This document shows positions 1 to 10,017 of a stretch of DNA of 64,000 nt, one piece after another. Source of the stretch: a virus (lineage: Duplodnaviria > Heunggongvirae > Uroviricota > Caudoviricetes); the IMG/VR virus record IMGVR_UViG_3300031134_000639; one strand, written 5' to 3'. Below the pieces are notes generated by a model that did not search any database, was not told the origin of the DNA, and saw nothing but the letters and a program-made list of their open reading frames with translations. How positions within the stretch are numbered: position 1 is the stretch's first letter; each line of letters opens with the position of its first letter. A program made the position numbers and the translations under genes.

Positions 1-240
1 GGCCACCATTCAATGCTACGGTTTGGTACGGTGATGAATTTACGATCTTCAGGGTAGTCAAACTCGTCAGGGTAAGCAAGACCATTAGCATTACCAATTC
101 CACCGTCTTTCTCATGCGCTTGAACATTAACTGCCCCGATGTGGAAGTCTGCCCCACGTAACTCCTGGCCCCAGCGATCAAACTGTGGCACTTCTACGTT
201 TAAGACGCCATATTTTGTTGGCACGATAACATAAGTCATT
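1..240 (-). CDS. Family-A paralog (unknown function), 5'-partial in window; N-terminus MTYVIVPTKYGVLNVE...DGGIGNANG...RSIEWW
   Basis: Reverse-strand translation from ATG at 240 matches the N-terminal signature of the downstream paralog family (PTKYG..., DGG..., ...W.Y). ORF runs off the window start. Confidence 0.55.
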
Positions 241-309
241 TAGATTTCCCTAATCAGATAGCGGTTGTAGTATAGCGATTTGTTTCATTTTTTGCTGTTG
301 CAGACCTGT

Positions 310-879
310 TTAATACAGTTTCACTTCAGCAAAAGAGTTATACGACGGTGTATACTTTGTGCGTTGACGTTCAGGATACAGGAAAGAATATTTCTCTGTG
401 AACTCTTTCCCGTAAGCTTCAGAAGCTTTGGTAATTTCTTCTTCAAGTGTTTTGAGGTGCCTTATCTTCCTAATGCGGACCTGTCTCTCTTGGAACGCTT
501 CGGTAACAAGGGAGGCATCATCAGGTACTCCAGCAATTCCACTGAGGTATGCCTCTAAAACAGCTTCATCAAACTCCTGTGCTTCCACAGAATATGTTAA
601 AGACAACACAGCATGACCCTTTTTTCCATCAGTTCTCGTAGTTGCTCTCACAGGGAAGTTGTTAGCTGCCTGAGCATTACGCAGAATTATGCCACGATAA
701 ATCCACCACTCTACTGAGCGACCTTCAGTGGTGATGTATGTTCGGCCATCCGACAAGGATAAACCTCCGTCGCTTTTACGTGCCTGAACCCGCAAGAAAG
801 GTTTAGGTTCATTACCTATCTTCTCATACATCTCTATGTTCAGGATGCCATATTTTGTTGGCACGGCTACATAGGTCAT
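310..879 (-). CDS. Family-A paralog, hypothetical ~190 aa
   Basis: ORF 310..957 trimmed to the internal Met (MTYVAVPTKYGILN) at 879, which is 2 nt from the stop of the upstream paralog (881). Motifs DGGLSLSDGRTYIT and FPVRA. Confidence 0.6.
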   Translation of the reverse strand: MTYVAVPTKYGILNIEMYEKIGNEPKPFLRVQARKSDGGLSLSDGRTYITTEGRSVEWWIYRGIILRNAQAANNFPVRATTRTDGKKGHAVLSLTYSVEAQEFDEAVLEAYLSGIAGVPDDASLVTEAFQERQVRIRKIRHLKTLEEEITKASEAYGKEFTEKYSFLYPERQRTKYTPSYNSFAEVKLY

Positions 880-880
880 A

Positions 881-1498
881 TTAGTGTCCAATCTGAACTG
901 CGATGGGAAAAGCCTGTGAAGAATGGGTGCCGTATTTAGGATATAGCTCCTGCTCACGCTCGCGGTTTTTCTTGGTTAGCTCATTCTGTTCCGCAGCAAT
1001 TTCTGATTCAAGCTGCTTGAGCTTGCGTGCATGGACCATCAGCTTCCGATAAGCGTAATGTGCATCCTGGATAAGCTGGGTGTCTTCCTGATCTACGTTA
1101 AGCTGACCAGTCAAGTAGAGGTCAAGGAAGATATCGCTGAAGAATGATGCAGCCTCAGAGTAGGTTGTCTCATAGTTGCCTAAAGCTTTAGCTGACTTTC
1201 TAGCTTTCACAGGGAAAGTTGTACCCGCCTGCTTCGTAGCCGAAATACCACGGTAAAGCTCCCAAGTGATTTGACGACCGGGAACTGTCACATAAGTTTT
1301 CCCGTCAGGGAGCGTGAGTCCGCCTTCCTCAGCTAGTACCTCAAAGTAGAAAGTAGTCCTGCGCCGCGTTGTCTGAAGCCCGTTCCTGGCAGAGCGCTCT
1401 TTCTCCCTGGCATCTACGGGGTGAGTGTAATCATAATACCGGACAACACCATAGGGGGTAGAGATTGTGGTAGTCAAAGCTTCAACGTCAAGATTCAT
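881..1498 (-). CDS. Family-A paralog, hypothetical 205 aa
   Basis: Motifs TPYGVVRYY, EEGGLTLPDGKTYVT, FPVKARK; alpha-helical C-terminal half. Confidence 0.6.
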   Translation of the reverse strand: MNLDVEALTTTISTPYGVVRYYDYTHPVDAREKERSARNGLQTTRRRTTFYFEVLAEEGGLTLPDGKTYVTVPGRQITWELYRGISATKQAGTTFPVKARKSAKALGNYETTYSEAASFFSDIFLDLYLTGQLNVDQEDTQLIQDAHYAYRKLMVHARKLKQLESEIAAEQNELTKKNREREQELYPKYGTHSSQAFPIAVQIGH

Positions 1499-1538
1499 AT
1501 CATAATTCTACCACAATTTGGCTCTAAAAGCTAGTCCC

Positions 1539-2099
1539 TCACATTTTAGGAAGCTCGAAATTACTCTCCTGATTACGCTTTTTGCCTAGTTTTTCTCCGT
1601 AAGTGTCAATATTAAGTTTCTCGTGTTCAACTTTGGCTTGCAAGGCGTACTCATTAGCGAGGTCCATTGCAGCACAAGCATCACGAACAAGAACACGATG
1701 CTCTGACCTTCTCCTTTGGGAGTCTTTGATTATCTCCAAATCATCTTCAAAGTCCATGGGGAACTCAAGGTTCAGATATGCTTCCAATATAGCGTCATCA
1801 AATAATTGAGCAATTTCAGACCAGAACGAGAGGTATGGGCCATAAGTCTTTGCTGTGGGCTTTTTCCTAGGCTTAAGAGAAAAGTTTTTGATACCTTCAA
1901 TTGGAGTCCAATGGATTTCACTTATGCTGTCACACACTCTACCGTCAGGAAAAGTTAAACCACCATCTTCACGGTCAACGGCAATAACTAACCAATTTTT
2001 AGCTGAGTCATCCCAGTGATCTTTAACAATCCTATACCGGATGACACCGTACCTGGTGACGAGTTTACTCATCTCTAGCTCTTCTTCGTAATATGACAT
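1539..2099 (-). CDS. Family-A paralog, hypothetical 186 aa
   Basis: TRYGVIRYR, EDGGLTFPDGRV; same architecture. Confidence 0.55.
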   Translation of the reverse strand: MSYYEEELEMSKLVTRYGVIRYRIVKDHWDDSAKNWLVIAVDREDGGLTFPDGRVCDSISEIHWTPIEGIKNFSLKPRKKPTAKTYGPYLSFWSEIAQLFDDAILEAYLNLEFPMDFEDDLEIIKDSQRRRSEHRVLVRDACAAMDLANEYALQAKVEHEKLNIDTYGEKLGKKRNQESNFELPKM

Positions 2100-2779
2100 T
2101 AGTATCTAAGCCATTCCCTTCCATAATCAATGTTTGTGTCAAATTGTGAGTCTCTAATGTAAGGGCCTTTTTTACTTCGATGAGGATACAGAACAGAATA
2201 CTCTTCATCTAGCTCAGCATCAGTCTGCTTCTTGCCAGCAAGGACCTCTTTTCGGAGAGCTTCCAGTTGACGGACTTTACGGAAATGCTCCCAAGTTTTC
2301 TCATGGGATTTGATAACCAAGTCCACGTCTTCTCCACCTGAGCCAACTGTTTTGAGGTATGAGTTCAGGAGGATACCATCAAGCTCTTCCGCTTCCTCAG
2401 AGAAGTTGTCCACGAGTCGGCTCAACTTCTTGCTTCCAGGCTCAGCACAGCGAACAGCGAACGAATCACGGTTACCACTACGCTCAAAAGCGTTGTAAAC
2501 AAACCATCTTAAAGGCTTACCTGTGTCAGTGAAAAGTGTTCTACCGTCAGCTAGGGTGATGCCACCATCTGCTTTTGAGAGGTAGATGTACAACATGAGG
2601 TCATGCTGGTTCTGTTCATCTTTTGTTACTACTGTACGTCCAGGCTGGAACTGTTTAGTCTTCTTCCTGTAGTAAGGTTGCTTATCCAAAGGTGGCTCCA
2701 AAGTCAGCCTGAATGTACCGTTAACTGTTGACACAGCCGGGTATTTCGACAAATCAAATTCTACAGTAGCCATAGTCAC
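2099..2779 (-). CDS. Family-A paralog, hypothetical 226 aa
   Basis: ADGGITLADGRTLFT, FAVRCAEPGSKK; start overlaps stop of neighbour. Confidence 0.55.
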   Translation of the reverse strand: MTMATVEFDLSKYPAVSTVNGTFRLTLEPPLDKQPYYRKKTKQFQPGRTVVTKDEQNQHDLMLYIYLSKADGGITLADGRTLFTDTGKPLRWFVYNAFERSGNRDSFAVRCAEPGSKKLSRLVDNFSEEAEELDGILLNSYLKTVGSGGEDVDLVIKSHEKTWEHFRKVRQLEALRKEVLAGKKQTDAELDEEYSVLYPHRSKKGPYIRDSQFDTNIDYGREWLRY

Positions 2780-3378
2780 TGCCCTCCTGAAACTTTCATC
2801 TTAGGTACAACACTGGAGCCGACTTCGACCCCACGAATTTCTTTGAACTTCTGAGCAAAATTCCAGTTTTCCTCTGAAGAGAAATGCTGAATTTTGGTTT
2901 CAATATCTTTGGCCTCTCTGAGGGAAGCACGGAATACCTCGTAGCTGCTGTGTGCCCTAGTGATTAGCTCAGGGTAGGGAACTGTGAAGTCAAAACTCTG
3001 AGTCACAGCAAGGTCTAAAATAAGCTGACTAATGAAAGTAGCCTCCCAAGACCATGTGTGACAGTACTCGCCTTGTATGTCTGCACGGATAGCGAACTGG
3101 TCTTCAAATCCAGGAGAGTACTTAATGCCTCCAAGCATGTCCCAAGCAATGTCCTTCCCCGGAGGGGTAGCATAGGTTCTGCCATTCGGTAAAGTTAACC
3201 CACCATCTTTAGCAGCAGCAACAACATGGACTTTCATGTAAGACTCCTCAGCAAAACTAAGGTAGCTTGGTAGAAAGTCGTCAGGGTGGGTTCCCTGTAG
3301 AAAGAAGCGCAATGTGCCATAGGGAGTTACGATGGTGGGCAGGTCATCAATGTCTACCTTGTTTTTATTATAAGACAT
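2776..3378 (-). CDS. Family-A paralog, hypothetical 200 aa
   Basis: TPYGTLRFF, KDGGLTLPNGRTYAT, FAIRAD; 4-nt overlap with upstream gene. Confidence 0.55.
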   Translation of the reverse strand: MSYNKNKVDIDDLPTIVTPYGTLRFFLQGTHPDDFLPSYLSFAEESYMKVHVVAAAKDGGLTLPNGRTYATPPGKDIAWDMLGGIKYSPGFEDQFAIRADIQGEYCHTWSWEATFISQLILDLAVTQSFDFTVPYPELITRAHSSYEVFRASLREAKDIETKIQHFSSEENWNFAQKFKEIRGVEVGSSVVPKMKVSGGQ

Positions 3379-3380
3379 GT

Positions 3381-3983
3381 TTAACCTAACGAGACTGTTG
3401 GAACGGAGTAGGAAGGCATGAATGGGATATATCTGGCTGCACCAGGGTAGTTAGCTCGGATTTCTTCCAGAAGAGCAAGCCTTTCTTCACTACGGTTAGC
3501 AGCTTTCTGCTCAAGCTCTTTAGCTTCACGGCAAAGGTCACGTGCTGCCTCCACCGACTTGTGGGCTTTTTCTACCAGGTACTGGTCCTCGGGTGTAACC
3601 AACATGTCGCCATTGACGTAAGACTCAAGAAGAACATCAGAGATGATTTGTGCGTTCTCACTCCAACTTACCTCAAAGTTTGCAAGCTTCTTACTAGAAC
3701 CAATACGTGCTTTGACAGGGAAGTCACCTCCGGGGCTGTTCTCAATTGGAATACCACCGTAAACAGCCCATACGATAGAACGCTTAGGCGGGGTGATGTA
3801 AGTTTTACCGTCTGGAAGTGTTAGCCCACCATCATCAGGGCTGATGACAACCTCAAATGACAGAAATGTGTTAATATCTCTTTCGCTGTAGCCAAAAGTT
3901 TTAGGTAGTAGCCTTAGCATACCGTACTTCGTGGGTACAATAGGTAGAGTGCTGTAATCATAGTCTGTATAGTGGTTTCCCAT
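3381..3983 (-). CDS. Family-A paralog, hypothetical 200 aa
   Basis: VPTKYGMLRLL, DDGGLTLPDGKTYIT, FPVKAR. Confidence 0.6.
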   Translation of the reverse strand: MGNHYTDYDYSTLPIVPTKYGMLRLLPKTFGYSERDINTFLSFEVVISPDDGGLTLPDGKTYITPPKRSIVWAVYGGIPIENSPGGDFPVKARIGSSKKLANFEVSWSENAQIISDVLLESYVNGDMLVTPEDQYLVEKAHKSVEAARDLCREAKELEQKAANRSEERLALLEEIRANYPGAARYIPFMPSYSVPTVSLG

Positions 3984-4044
3984 TATTTCCTCGGGTTCTT
4001 CCTAGTAAAATGTATCTATATTATAACATGAAAACAGGCTTAAA

Positions 4045-4089
4045 GCAAGTGAGGCTTCCACCTAATCACTAGGTGGAAGCCTCACTTGC
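4045..4089. terminator. Perfect 20-bp stem hairpin (gcaagtgaggcttccaccta / taggtggaagcctcacttgc)
   Basis: Inverted repeat read directly in the sequence, between convergent or tandem minus-strand genes. Confidence 0.6.
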
Positions 4090-4101
4090 TAATGTTGCAG
4101 A

Positions 4102-4632
4102 TTAGCTCTTGTCAACTGAAATCCAGAAAGCGTTCTTTCCGCCACCAAAACCGGCTAGCCAGCTGCCCTTAGACTCATCACCGGTGAAGTTGATGTTCTT
4201 GCCATCCCACTTACCGTTCTCATCAAGGTTGACAGTGGCTTTCTTGCTACCGAACTGGACCGCTGCCTCATCATACTTCTGATTCTTGGAACGACCAACA
4301 CGGATCTTGTGACCGAACAGCTTAGCAAGTACACGAACCGAGTTGCTAGGCTCGCTGGATGAGGGAACGCTTGTATCACGCTCCTCAAAAGCTTTCTCCG
4401 CAGAGCTTCTAGCTGAAGCGTAGTTCTTCTTAGCTGTAGCAAGGTCATCCCACTTAACTGTGACAGACCAAGTACCACCGTCAGGAAGAGGAGTACTTGA
4501 AACCATTGAAAGCCCATTGCGGGAAATCTCATGGTCCCACTTAGGCGCGAAAGCGCTTGCAGTAGCTTTCTCACCTGCCGTGTTGTTAACAGGCTCAGCT
4601 GTCTCGCCAGTGTTTACGTTATTGTCAGTCAT
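4102..4632 (-). CDS. Family-B paralog, hypothetical 176 aa
   Basis: C-terminal segment LAKLFGHKIRVGRS...NLDENGKWDGKNINF aligns with the next ORF. Confidence 0.5.
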   Translation of the reverse strand: MTDNNVNTGETAEPVNNTAGEKATASAFAPKWDHEISRNGLSMVSSTPLPDGGTWSVTVKWDDLATAKKNYASARSSAEKAFEERDTSVPSSSEPSNSVRVLAKLFGHKIRVGRSKNQKYDEAAVQFGSKKATVNLDENGKWDGKNINFTGDESKGSWLAGFGGGKNAFWISVDKS

Positions 4633-4691
4633 TATTCTCCTAGATAAACTTAGTTACGATTATAGCATTGAAAAAGTAGAAATGCAAATTG

Positions 4692-5180
4692 TTAGTGCTT
4701 CTTATCCTGCTTCTTGCTTTTGGTAACACCCAGCCACAAGCTCTTCTTAGCAGAAGTAGCAAACAAGCTGGTCTTAGAAGTCTCAGGGTCACGCTTAGTG
4801 AAGTTGATGCTCTTACGGTCCCACTTGCCGTCCTCGTTGAGGTTCAGTGATGCTTCACGACCGCCCAGAGCAATCTTAGCTACCTTAGAGTCGGGTCCAC
4901 CGCTGGAGCGGCCCAAGCGAAGCTTGTAGCCGAAAAGCTCTACAACGTCTTTGACAGTAGAGCTTGAGTCCTCTGTCTCATCAAGCTTAGGGCCGATGAT
5001 CAGGTCTGCGCGCTCTTCAACACCGACTTTAGCCTGCTCTACCATCTTGTCAGCTGTTTTGCGGTCAGGCCAGCTCATGCTAACTGAATATTCACGACCT
5101 CCAGTGCTCACAGTTGAGGTAAGGGTCAAACCGTCATCACTGCGAACGTGATTCCACTTGTAGTCTGTGGTATCTGTCAT
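4692..5180 (-). CDS. Family-B paralog, hypothetical 162 aa
   Basis: VELFGYKLRLGRS...NLNEDGKWDRKSINF; paralog of 4102..4632. Confidence 0.5.
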   Translation of the reverse strand: MTDTTDYKWNHVRSDDGLTLTSTVSTGGREYSVSMSWPDRKTADKMVEQAKVGVEERADLIIGPKLDETEDSSSTVKDVVELFGYKLRLGRSSGGPDSKVAKIALGGREASLNLNEDGKWDRKSINFTKRDPETSKTSLFATSAKKSLWLGVTKSKKQDKKH

Positions 5181-5281
5181 CTTTATTCTCCAAAAATATT
5201 ATCGTACCCCTAGTATAGCATAACTAGGGGTAATTTGAAAGCTAAGTTGCAATCCGAAGGCAAAGTAGGTATACTGGTGGT

Positions 5282-5947
5282 ATGAACTCACGCGCAGACA
5301 ATGAGAAGGCTGTCCTGCATCTTTTCCTAAAGATGGATAAGCCTGAGCTTTCTGTGTCTGAATTGTCTTTACCAACAGCGTATCTGAAGGCGATGTATGC
5401 AGAGAGTTTCACTACGGAAAAAGTTTTAGAGTTCTTTGAGGAGGCATTCTCTAAACTAAATGATTCTTGCTTGTCTGAGTTCGGGGCTAAGCTTAGTTCT
5501 AACTTCAATGACGACGAAGTTCTGAAAGTACTGGCAGAGTTTGCTGAGACGGAGGACAAGAGTGAATACCCTCTGAACACCGAAGCATCAGTTTTTCAGG
5601 TAGAAGTTGAAGATGTTTGGCTCAAAGATGAAGGATGGCGTTACGAGCAGGCCTTGTCTACAGTCAATCTTTCTAACGGCTATAAGATCACTGAGACAGC
5701 TAGAAAAATCTATGCTCTACCCTATTTTTATTCTGGTAATGAATATGCACATTTTGCAGACGCTAGTGTCACTTTTGTTAGTATGCAGGCATTAACAGTT
5801 TGTATCCGCTCAGTTCTTTATATGCTGACACAGCAGGTTGATCAGGAGTCTAAACCCGAAAAGCTTCAGCAAATATATCTTGACACGCAACAGCATCACA
5901 TTAGTGCCCTAAGAAAGCTGTTCAGTCTCGCAGCGAAGCTAAGTTAA
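5282..5947 (+). CDS. Hypothetical protein 221 aa
   Basis: Long ORF on the opposite strand to its flanking genes; no recognisable motifs. Confidence 0.45.
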   Translation: MNSRADNEKAVLHLFLKMDKPELSVSELSLPTAYLKAMYAESFTTEKVLEFFEEAFSKLNDSCLSEFGAKLSSNFNDDEVLKVLAEFAETEDKSEYPLNTEASVFQVEVEDVWLKDEGWRYEQALSTVNLSNGYKITETARKIYALPYFYSGNEYAHFADASVTFVSMQALTVCIRSVLYMLTQQVDQESKPEKLQQIYLDTQQHHISALRKLFSLAAKLS

Positions 5948-5953
5948 CATACT

Positions 5954-6565
5954 TCACTCATCAAAAGCGATGCGAGCATAGTTTGCATCAGAATAGTGAA
6001 ACGGTGTGCTGTAATCGTATCCTACGGCATTTTTGTTGACATAGTTGTTAAGGTACTCTTCATCTAAAGCATCAAACTCAGCTTTGGTGGCAGCGCGAAC
6101 TTTCTCGGCTTCAACTTTCAGCTGACGTACTCTTTCAAGGTATGATCGTCTAGCTTCGTGTACTCTGAACTCAAAGTTAACATCGTATGGTGGCACACCC
6201 GGTAAACGGTTTGCAATATACTCACCAAAAATCAGGTCATGTACTTCTTGGGCTTCTATAGAGAAAGTCTCGATATAGGACCCAAAGCCTCTTCCTGATT
6301 CTTTTCTAGGCCTGAGAGGTAAGCTGCTTCCAGTTTTGTTCTCTAAACGAACATTTCTTGCGCTGTGCCAACGCATGCAACGGTTTTTTGTGGTGAAATA
6401 AGTTAGCCCATTGTTTAATGTAATACCACCGTCTTCTTCCAAAGCTACAATCATCAAGTATGCGCTCTCTAAGTTACTCCTGTAGATCTCTTTAAAGCGG
6501 AACATGCCTTTGGGTGTCGGCAGAAGCTTATAGTCTGCGTACTGTGGGTCAATGGTAGCTGTCAT
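5954..6565 (-). CDS. Family-A paralog, hypothetical 203 aa
   Basis: LPTPKGMFRF, EDGGITLNNGLTYFT, LPLRPRK. Confidence 0.55.
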   Translation of the reverse strand: MTATIDPQYADYKLLPTPKGMFRFKEIYRSNLESAYLMIVALEEDGGITLNNGLTYFTTKNRCMRWHSARNVRLENKTGSSLPLRPRKESGRGFGSYIETFSIEAQEVHDLIFGEYIANRLPGVPPYDVNFEFRVHEARRSYLERVRQLKVEAEKVRAATKAEFDALDEEYLNNYVNKNAVGYDYSTPFHYSDANYARIAFDE

Positions 6566-6737
6566 AAGTCTATTATATCACAGAACAGCAGAATCTTGAG
6601 CGTAGTGCCCGCTAGACTAGTCTGAGAAGCCTCAGGACGGCCTAGGAGCGGAGATATCCTGGTTCTTAAGCGCCTAAGTGTGCTAAGCTGTTGAGAGCTT
6701 ACAGAGCCGCACACGGCGTTATATAAGAGAGAAGAGA

Positions 6738-7355
6738 ATGGTCCAGTTCGGAGATACTAAAGTGTTCATGGAGACACTTAAAGTTATTCTCTGGCATGAG
6801 AATGACTATTCTACTTTAGATGCCCTCAAAACGTTACCTTCCGACTATGTATACTCTATGCTCCAGGACAAAGTAACTAATGAGAAAATTGAAGCAGCCA
6901 TTGTCAAACACAATAACAACTTGATTGACCTATATCTCAATACTCCCGCAGATGACCCAACTTTTGTTGAGATAGCTCGTATCCTTGAATCTCCTTTGGA
7001 CGAAAGTAAAGAAACACGTCGACTCTCAATACGAGAGATGGGGAAAACGCTGAGTGAGCAGATAAGAAATTCGTTAAACTTAGGAGGGGTTAATACAAAC
7101 GACTTGGAGTATAATGACCCTGACGGATTTTATCTCATTTCAATCTCTAATAGGAACAGTCAGCGAAGAGACATATCAGATGACATGATGATCCATTTGA
7201 CCAACCAAACGTATGCTTTTCGCCAGGGTCAAAGATACCTAAAAAATCAGGACCCACTTATGCTCTTTGACTTTTCCGACACGGAGCATAAGATGCATTT
7301 AGATAACTTTTTCCTCATACATAATCTAATGGCAGCGGGTACTAAAAATGTATGA
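6738..7355 (+). CDS. Hypothetical protein 205 aa
   Basis: ORF with 8-nt overlap to the next gene; no recognisable domain. Confidence 0.45.
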   Translation: MVQFGDTKVFMETLKVILWHENDYSTLDALKTLPSDYVYSMLQDKVTNEKIEAAIVKHNNNLIDLYLNTPADDPTFVEIARILESPLDESKETRRLSIREMGKTLSEQIRNSLNLGGVNTNDLEYNDPDGFYLISISNRNSQRRDISDDMMIHLTNQTYAFRQGQRYLKNQDPLMLFDFSDTEHKMHLDNFFLIHNLMAAGTKNV

Positions 7356-7950
7356 GCCTCATCAAGACATTCCCCAGCCCTCACACGAGGAGTTCTTCCC
7401 ACGCCTAATCAGCGACTTTGAAACATATGAGAGCATGGGAACCGAGTTATCTGAACAGTACGCTGAGATGGTATCAGCTGGACTACCTATGTCGTTTGTC
7501 CTTAACCTGCTGTTACCTAAGCCAAAACTTGCAGGCATGTTCGTGGAGCAGTTCACATATATGATGGAACAATGCTCAAAAAATCTGAAGGAAGGCACGC
7601 CCCACGATACTCAGAAGAATTTTAAGTTGCACAATTTTATGGAGGTATCTTCTGCCTATATCCCTAGGAACTTTCCCTATGAAGCAGCGTTAAGAAACCG
7701 CATGCCCAGAACAAACTTTGAGGGCCTGTTAGACAGTAGCTCTTTCTTCATGAGAGAAGCTGGCGTGCGTCTACCTAATTACAAAAGGTTTATCCTAGAC
7801 CTATTTTCTCACGTCACCAATATTGTTGAGATGAAGGATCATCCTTTGACAGTAGATGATGCATATGCTTGGAACTTCATGAATAAAGAGTACACACAGT
7901 TTCGGCATTTACATTCATTCCTAAAAAGTCAGCCGCATGTTTCTAAGTAA
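7348..7950 (+). CDS. Hypothetical protein 200 aa
   Basis: ORF; no recognisable domain. Confidence 0.45.
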   Translation: MYEPHQDIPQPSHEEFFPRLISDFETYESMGTELSEQYAEMVSAGLPMSFVLNLLLPKPKLAGMFVEQFTYMMEQCSKNLKEGTPHDTQKNFKLHNFMEVSSAYIPRNFPYEAALRNRMPRTNFEGLLDSSSFFMREAGVRLPNYKRFILDLFSHVTNIVEMKDHPLTVDDAYAWNFMNKEYTQFRHLHSFLKSQPHVSK

Positions 7951-7980
7951 TTGACTCAGCTGTAAGCACTTAACCTAAGT

Positions 7981-8018
7981 AGGTGTGGCTCCCGGCCAAA
8001 AAACCGGGAGCCACACCT
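7981..8018. terminator. Hairpin aggtgtggctcccgg-ccaaaaaa-ccgggagccacacct
   Basis: Perfect 15-bp inverted repeat between convergent genes. Confidence 0.6.
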
Positions 8019-8020
8019 AC

Positions 8021-8605
8021 TTACACCGAATTCGTTCTGATGAAGTCTGAAATCCGGGTTACATCACTTCTGCCTAAGCCAAACTTCTCGCATGGTCTAA
8101 CTACCAGATGCGGGGCCGTCATGGAAGACACATGCTCTTCTGCCCACAAGTTAACTGCTTCATCATCAACCCACACGAAAGCTGTGTCCGGGTTGCTTCT
8201 AGCAAAGTTCAGCACCCACTGGAGCTTCTGGTCAGAACGATACGTTTGAATATCCTCAACAGGCAGGAAAGGAGTTGGGGTCCAACTAATCCAACCGTCT
8301 GAGTTTATCCCAAGGAGTTCATCTACCTTTTCGGTTTCGTTAGTCCAAGTGCTAAGCCAATGCCAGACGTAAGCTGTTTCGTCTTTAAGCTTCATGAGTG
8401 TTTCCACAAGTTCATGAGACCAAGAAATATCTTGCCACTTGTAGTCGTTTTTACCCCAGCCACCTGCCACATTGCTGTTGAGCGGGACAGATGCATGTCG
8501 CAGCTGACCGAAAGAGTCAAAGTTTTTGCTGACTTCATTAGGGGAAGTAGAATACCAATTGATGACTCCATCAAAGTCCATGATAACAAAAACTTGTCTA
8601 ACCAT
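8021..8605 (-). CDS. HAD-like hydrolase/phosphatase (paralog of 20527..21060)
   Basis: N-terminal VIMDFDGVINW (DxDG motif I-like), later WLSTWTNE and VWVDDEA. Start set at the internal Met, which is preceded by AGGAAGGAGAG. Confidence 0.45.
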   Translation of the reverse strand: MVRQVFVIMDFDGVINWYSTSPNEVSKNFDSFGQLRHASVPLNSNVAGGWGKNDYKWQDISWSHELVETLMKLKDETAYVWHWLSTWTNETEKVDELLGINSDGWISWTPTPFLPVEDIQTYRSDQKLQWVLNFARSNPDTAFVWVDDEAVNLWAEEHVSSMTAPHLVVRPCEKFGLGRSDVTRISDFIRTNSV

Positions 8606-8764
8606 AGCTGGTCTCTCCTTCCTGTAAAGTAGCTGTCCATAGAGTATAGCATAGTGCTCTAGACGCTGCAAAAAACTCTCTAAAGCACTAGTTGACCTTA
8701 AACAAATTGTAAGCTACACTAGAAACGTAACTATTTGCGTAACACCATCTTAAAGAGGTAAAAA

Positions 8765-9415
8765 ATGACTAAGGCACCCGCTTTCGAACTGTCCCCTGAG
8801 TTCGTTGCTGTCCAGGCTGAGCTTGACGCGCTTGATGAGCAGCGACGGGCTATTCAGGAGCGCTACAACGTTTTCTTCCAGGAGCGTAAGGACATTAAGG
8901 ACCTCTGGTGGGAGGAGAACATCTCCGAGTTTGACCTTTTCGACTCGGAGGACTTCCGTGAGCTTGGTATTGAAGCTTGGAACGGTGGCTCTGGTGGGTC
9001 ACAGGTGATTCCTCTGTTCATTGATGAGACCCTGAAGAGCGAGGGAGTCAACCGGTTCCTCTACCGTGAAGGTCATGTTGGGCGCTCTGACAAGTCCAAG
9101 GACTATCTTTTCTCTCTGAACTCTTTCACTCTTTCACTTGAAGGCGAGATTTCAGAGGATGAGTACACAAAGCTTGCTAGTGTCCTCACGCGAATCCAGT
9201 CTGCCGCTGGTCAGTGGAAGAACGACTACTCCTTCCGTGTCAACGGTATCATCCGCGAAGACGATGACCACGGTGGTTATGCTCCTTATGTGCTGTACGT
9301 GAACAAGAAGGGTTCGTACGTGCAGTCTGAGGCTTACGGTCGTCCGTATACCTTCATTAAGCAGGGCAACCTTGTGGATGTTCTCAAGGAGATCCGTTCC
9401 TGCTCTGGCGATTAA
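8765..9415 (+). CDS. Hypothetical protein 216 aa
   Basis: ORF with RBS AAAGAGGT upstream; GC3-rich codon usage. Confidence 0.5.
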   Translation: MTKAPAFELSPEFVAVQAELDALDEQRRAIQERYNVFFQERKDIKDLWWEENISEFDLFDSEDFRELGIEAWNGGSGGSQVIPLFIDETLKSEGVNRFLYREGHVGRSDKSKDYLFSLNSFTLSLEGEISEDEYTKLASVLTRIQSAAGQWKNDYSFRVNGIIREDDDHGGYAPYVLYVNKKGSYVQSEAYGRPYTFIKQGNLVDVLKEIRSCSGD

Positions 9416-9423
9416 CATGTAGA

Positions 9424-9470
9424 AACGAGTGTGGGCCAACCAGAACTAATCTGGTTGGCCCACACTCGTT
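9424..9470. terminator. Hairpin aacgagtgtgggccaaccag-aactaat-ctggttggcccacactcgtt followed by tt
   Basis: 20-bp perfect inverted repeat between convergent genes. Confidence 0.65.
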
Positions 9471-9476
9471 TTCAGC

Positions 9477-9887
9477 TTAATTTACGCGTTTCTCTTCTTC
9501 GTCTTCCTCATCGCCGGGAATGTAAATGTCGTCAACGCGAACATTTACTTCAGTGATTTCCATTCCGACAAGTTCAGTGACAGCTTCAATAGCTGCGGAA
9601 CGTACTTTCTCGGACACAACATGAAGCTGTGTAGGGTATTCTGCTACGATAACAATGTCAGCAGCAACCTGACGTTCACCCACCTCAACACTAACACCCT
9701 GGCTCAAGTTTTTCTGGTTGACAGCTGAGCGTATACCACCGATAACACGTGATGCGTTCCCGCCTAGGTCATGTACACCAGGTACCTCACGGACAGCGAT
9801 TCCAATTAGTTTGCTGATAACTGCATCATCAATGACAGTCTTTCCGGATGTAGCAGAGTCTGTAATGTTCTTTGTGTCTGTAGCCAT
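9477..9887 (-). CDS. Asp23/Gls24-family (alkaline-shock-like) protein, ~136 aa
   Basis: Sequence MATDTKN...VIDDAVISKLIGIAVREVPGV...acidic tail resembles the Asp23 family. Start set at the internal Met preceded by AGGAGAAGGAG. Confidence 0.6.
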   Translation of the reverse strand: MATDTKNITDSATSGKTVIDDAVISKLIGIAVREVPGVHDLGGNASRVIGGIRSAVNQKNLSQGVSVEVGERQVAADIVIVAEYPTQLHVVSEKVRSAAIEAVTELVGMEITEVNVRVDDIYIPGDEEDEEEKRVN

Positions 9888-9982
9888 GTTGACCACTCCT
9901 TCTCCTAGAATGATTATTGTTTGTTGGTTATGTGTATTAGACGTAACCAACAAACAAAATGTCACGGTGTTTTTCAAAAAAA

Positions 9983-10011
9983 TTGACAAACCAGTAAGAA
10001 AAGCATATAAT
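9983..10011 (+). promoter_or_regulatory. Consensus sigma70-type promoter TTGACA-N17-TATAAT
   Basis: TTGACA at 9983..9988, 17-nt spacer, TATAAT at 10006..10011, 7 nt before an RBS and the ATG at 10018. Confidence 0.6.
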
Positions 10012-10017
10012 GAGGGC

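Noticed and set aside
4155-4726. Overlapping alternative-frame ORFs (4155..4574 minus, 4460..4726 plus) around the family-B gene
   Set aside because: The family-B frame is supported by paralogy with 4692..5180; the others have no support.
6566-6737. Possible tRNA or small RNA in the divergent intergenic region
   Set aside because: No cloverleaf-compatible acceptor/T-arm pairing or GTTCRANYC box found by eye. More likely a divergent promoter region.
9718-10017. Long upstream extension of ORF 9718..10431
   Set aside because: The extension would overlap the opposite-strand Asp23 gene. A consensus TTGACA-N17-TATAAT promoter and RBS sit immediately before the Met at 10018, so the short form was chosen.
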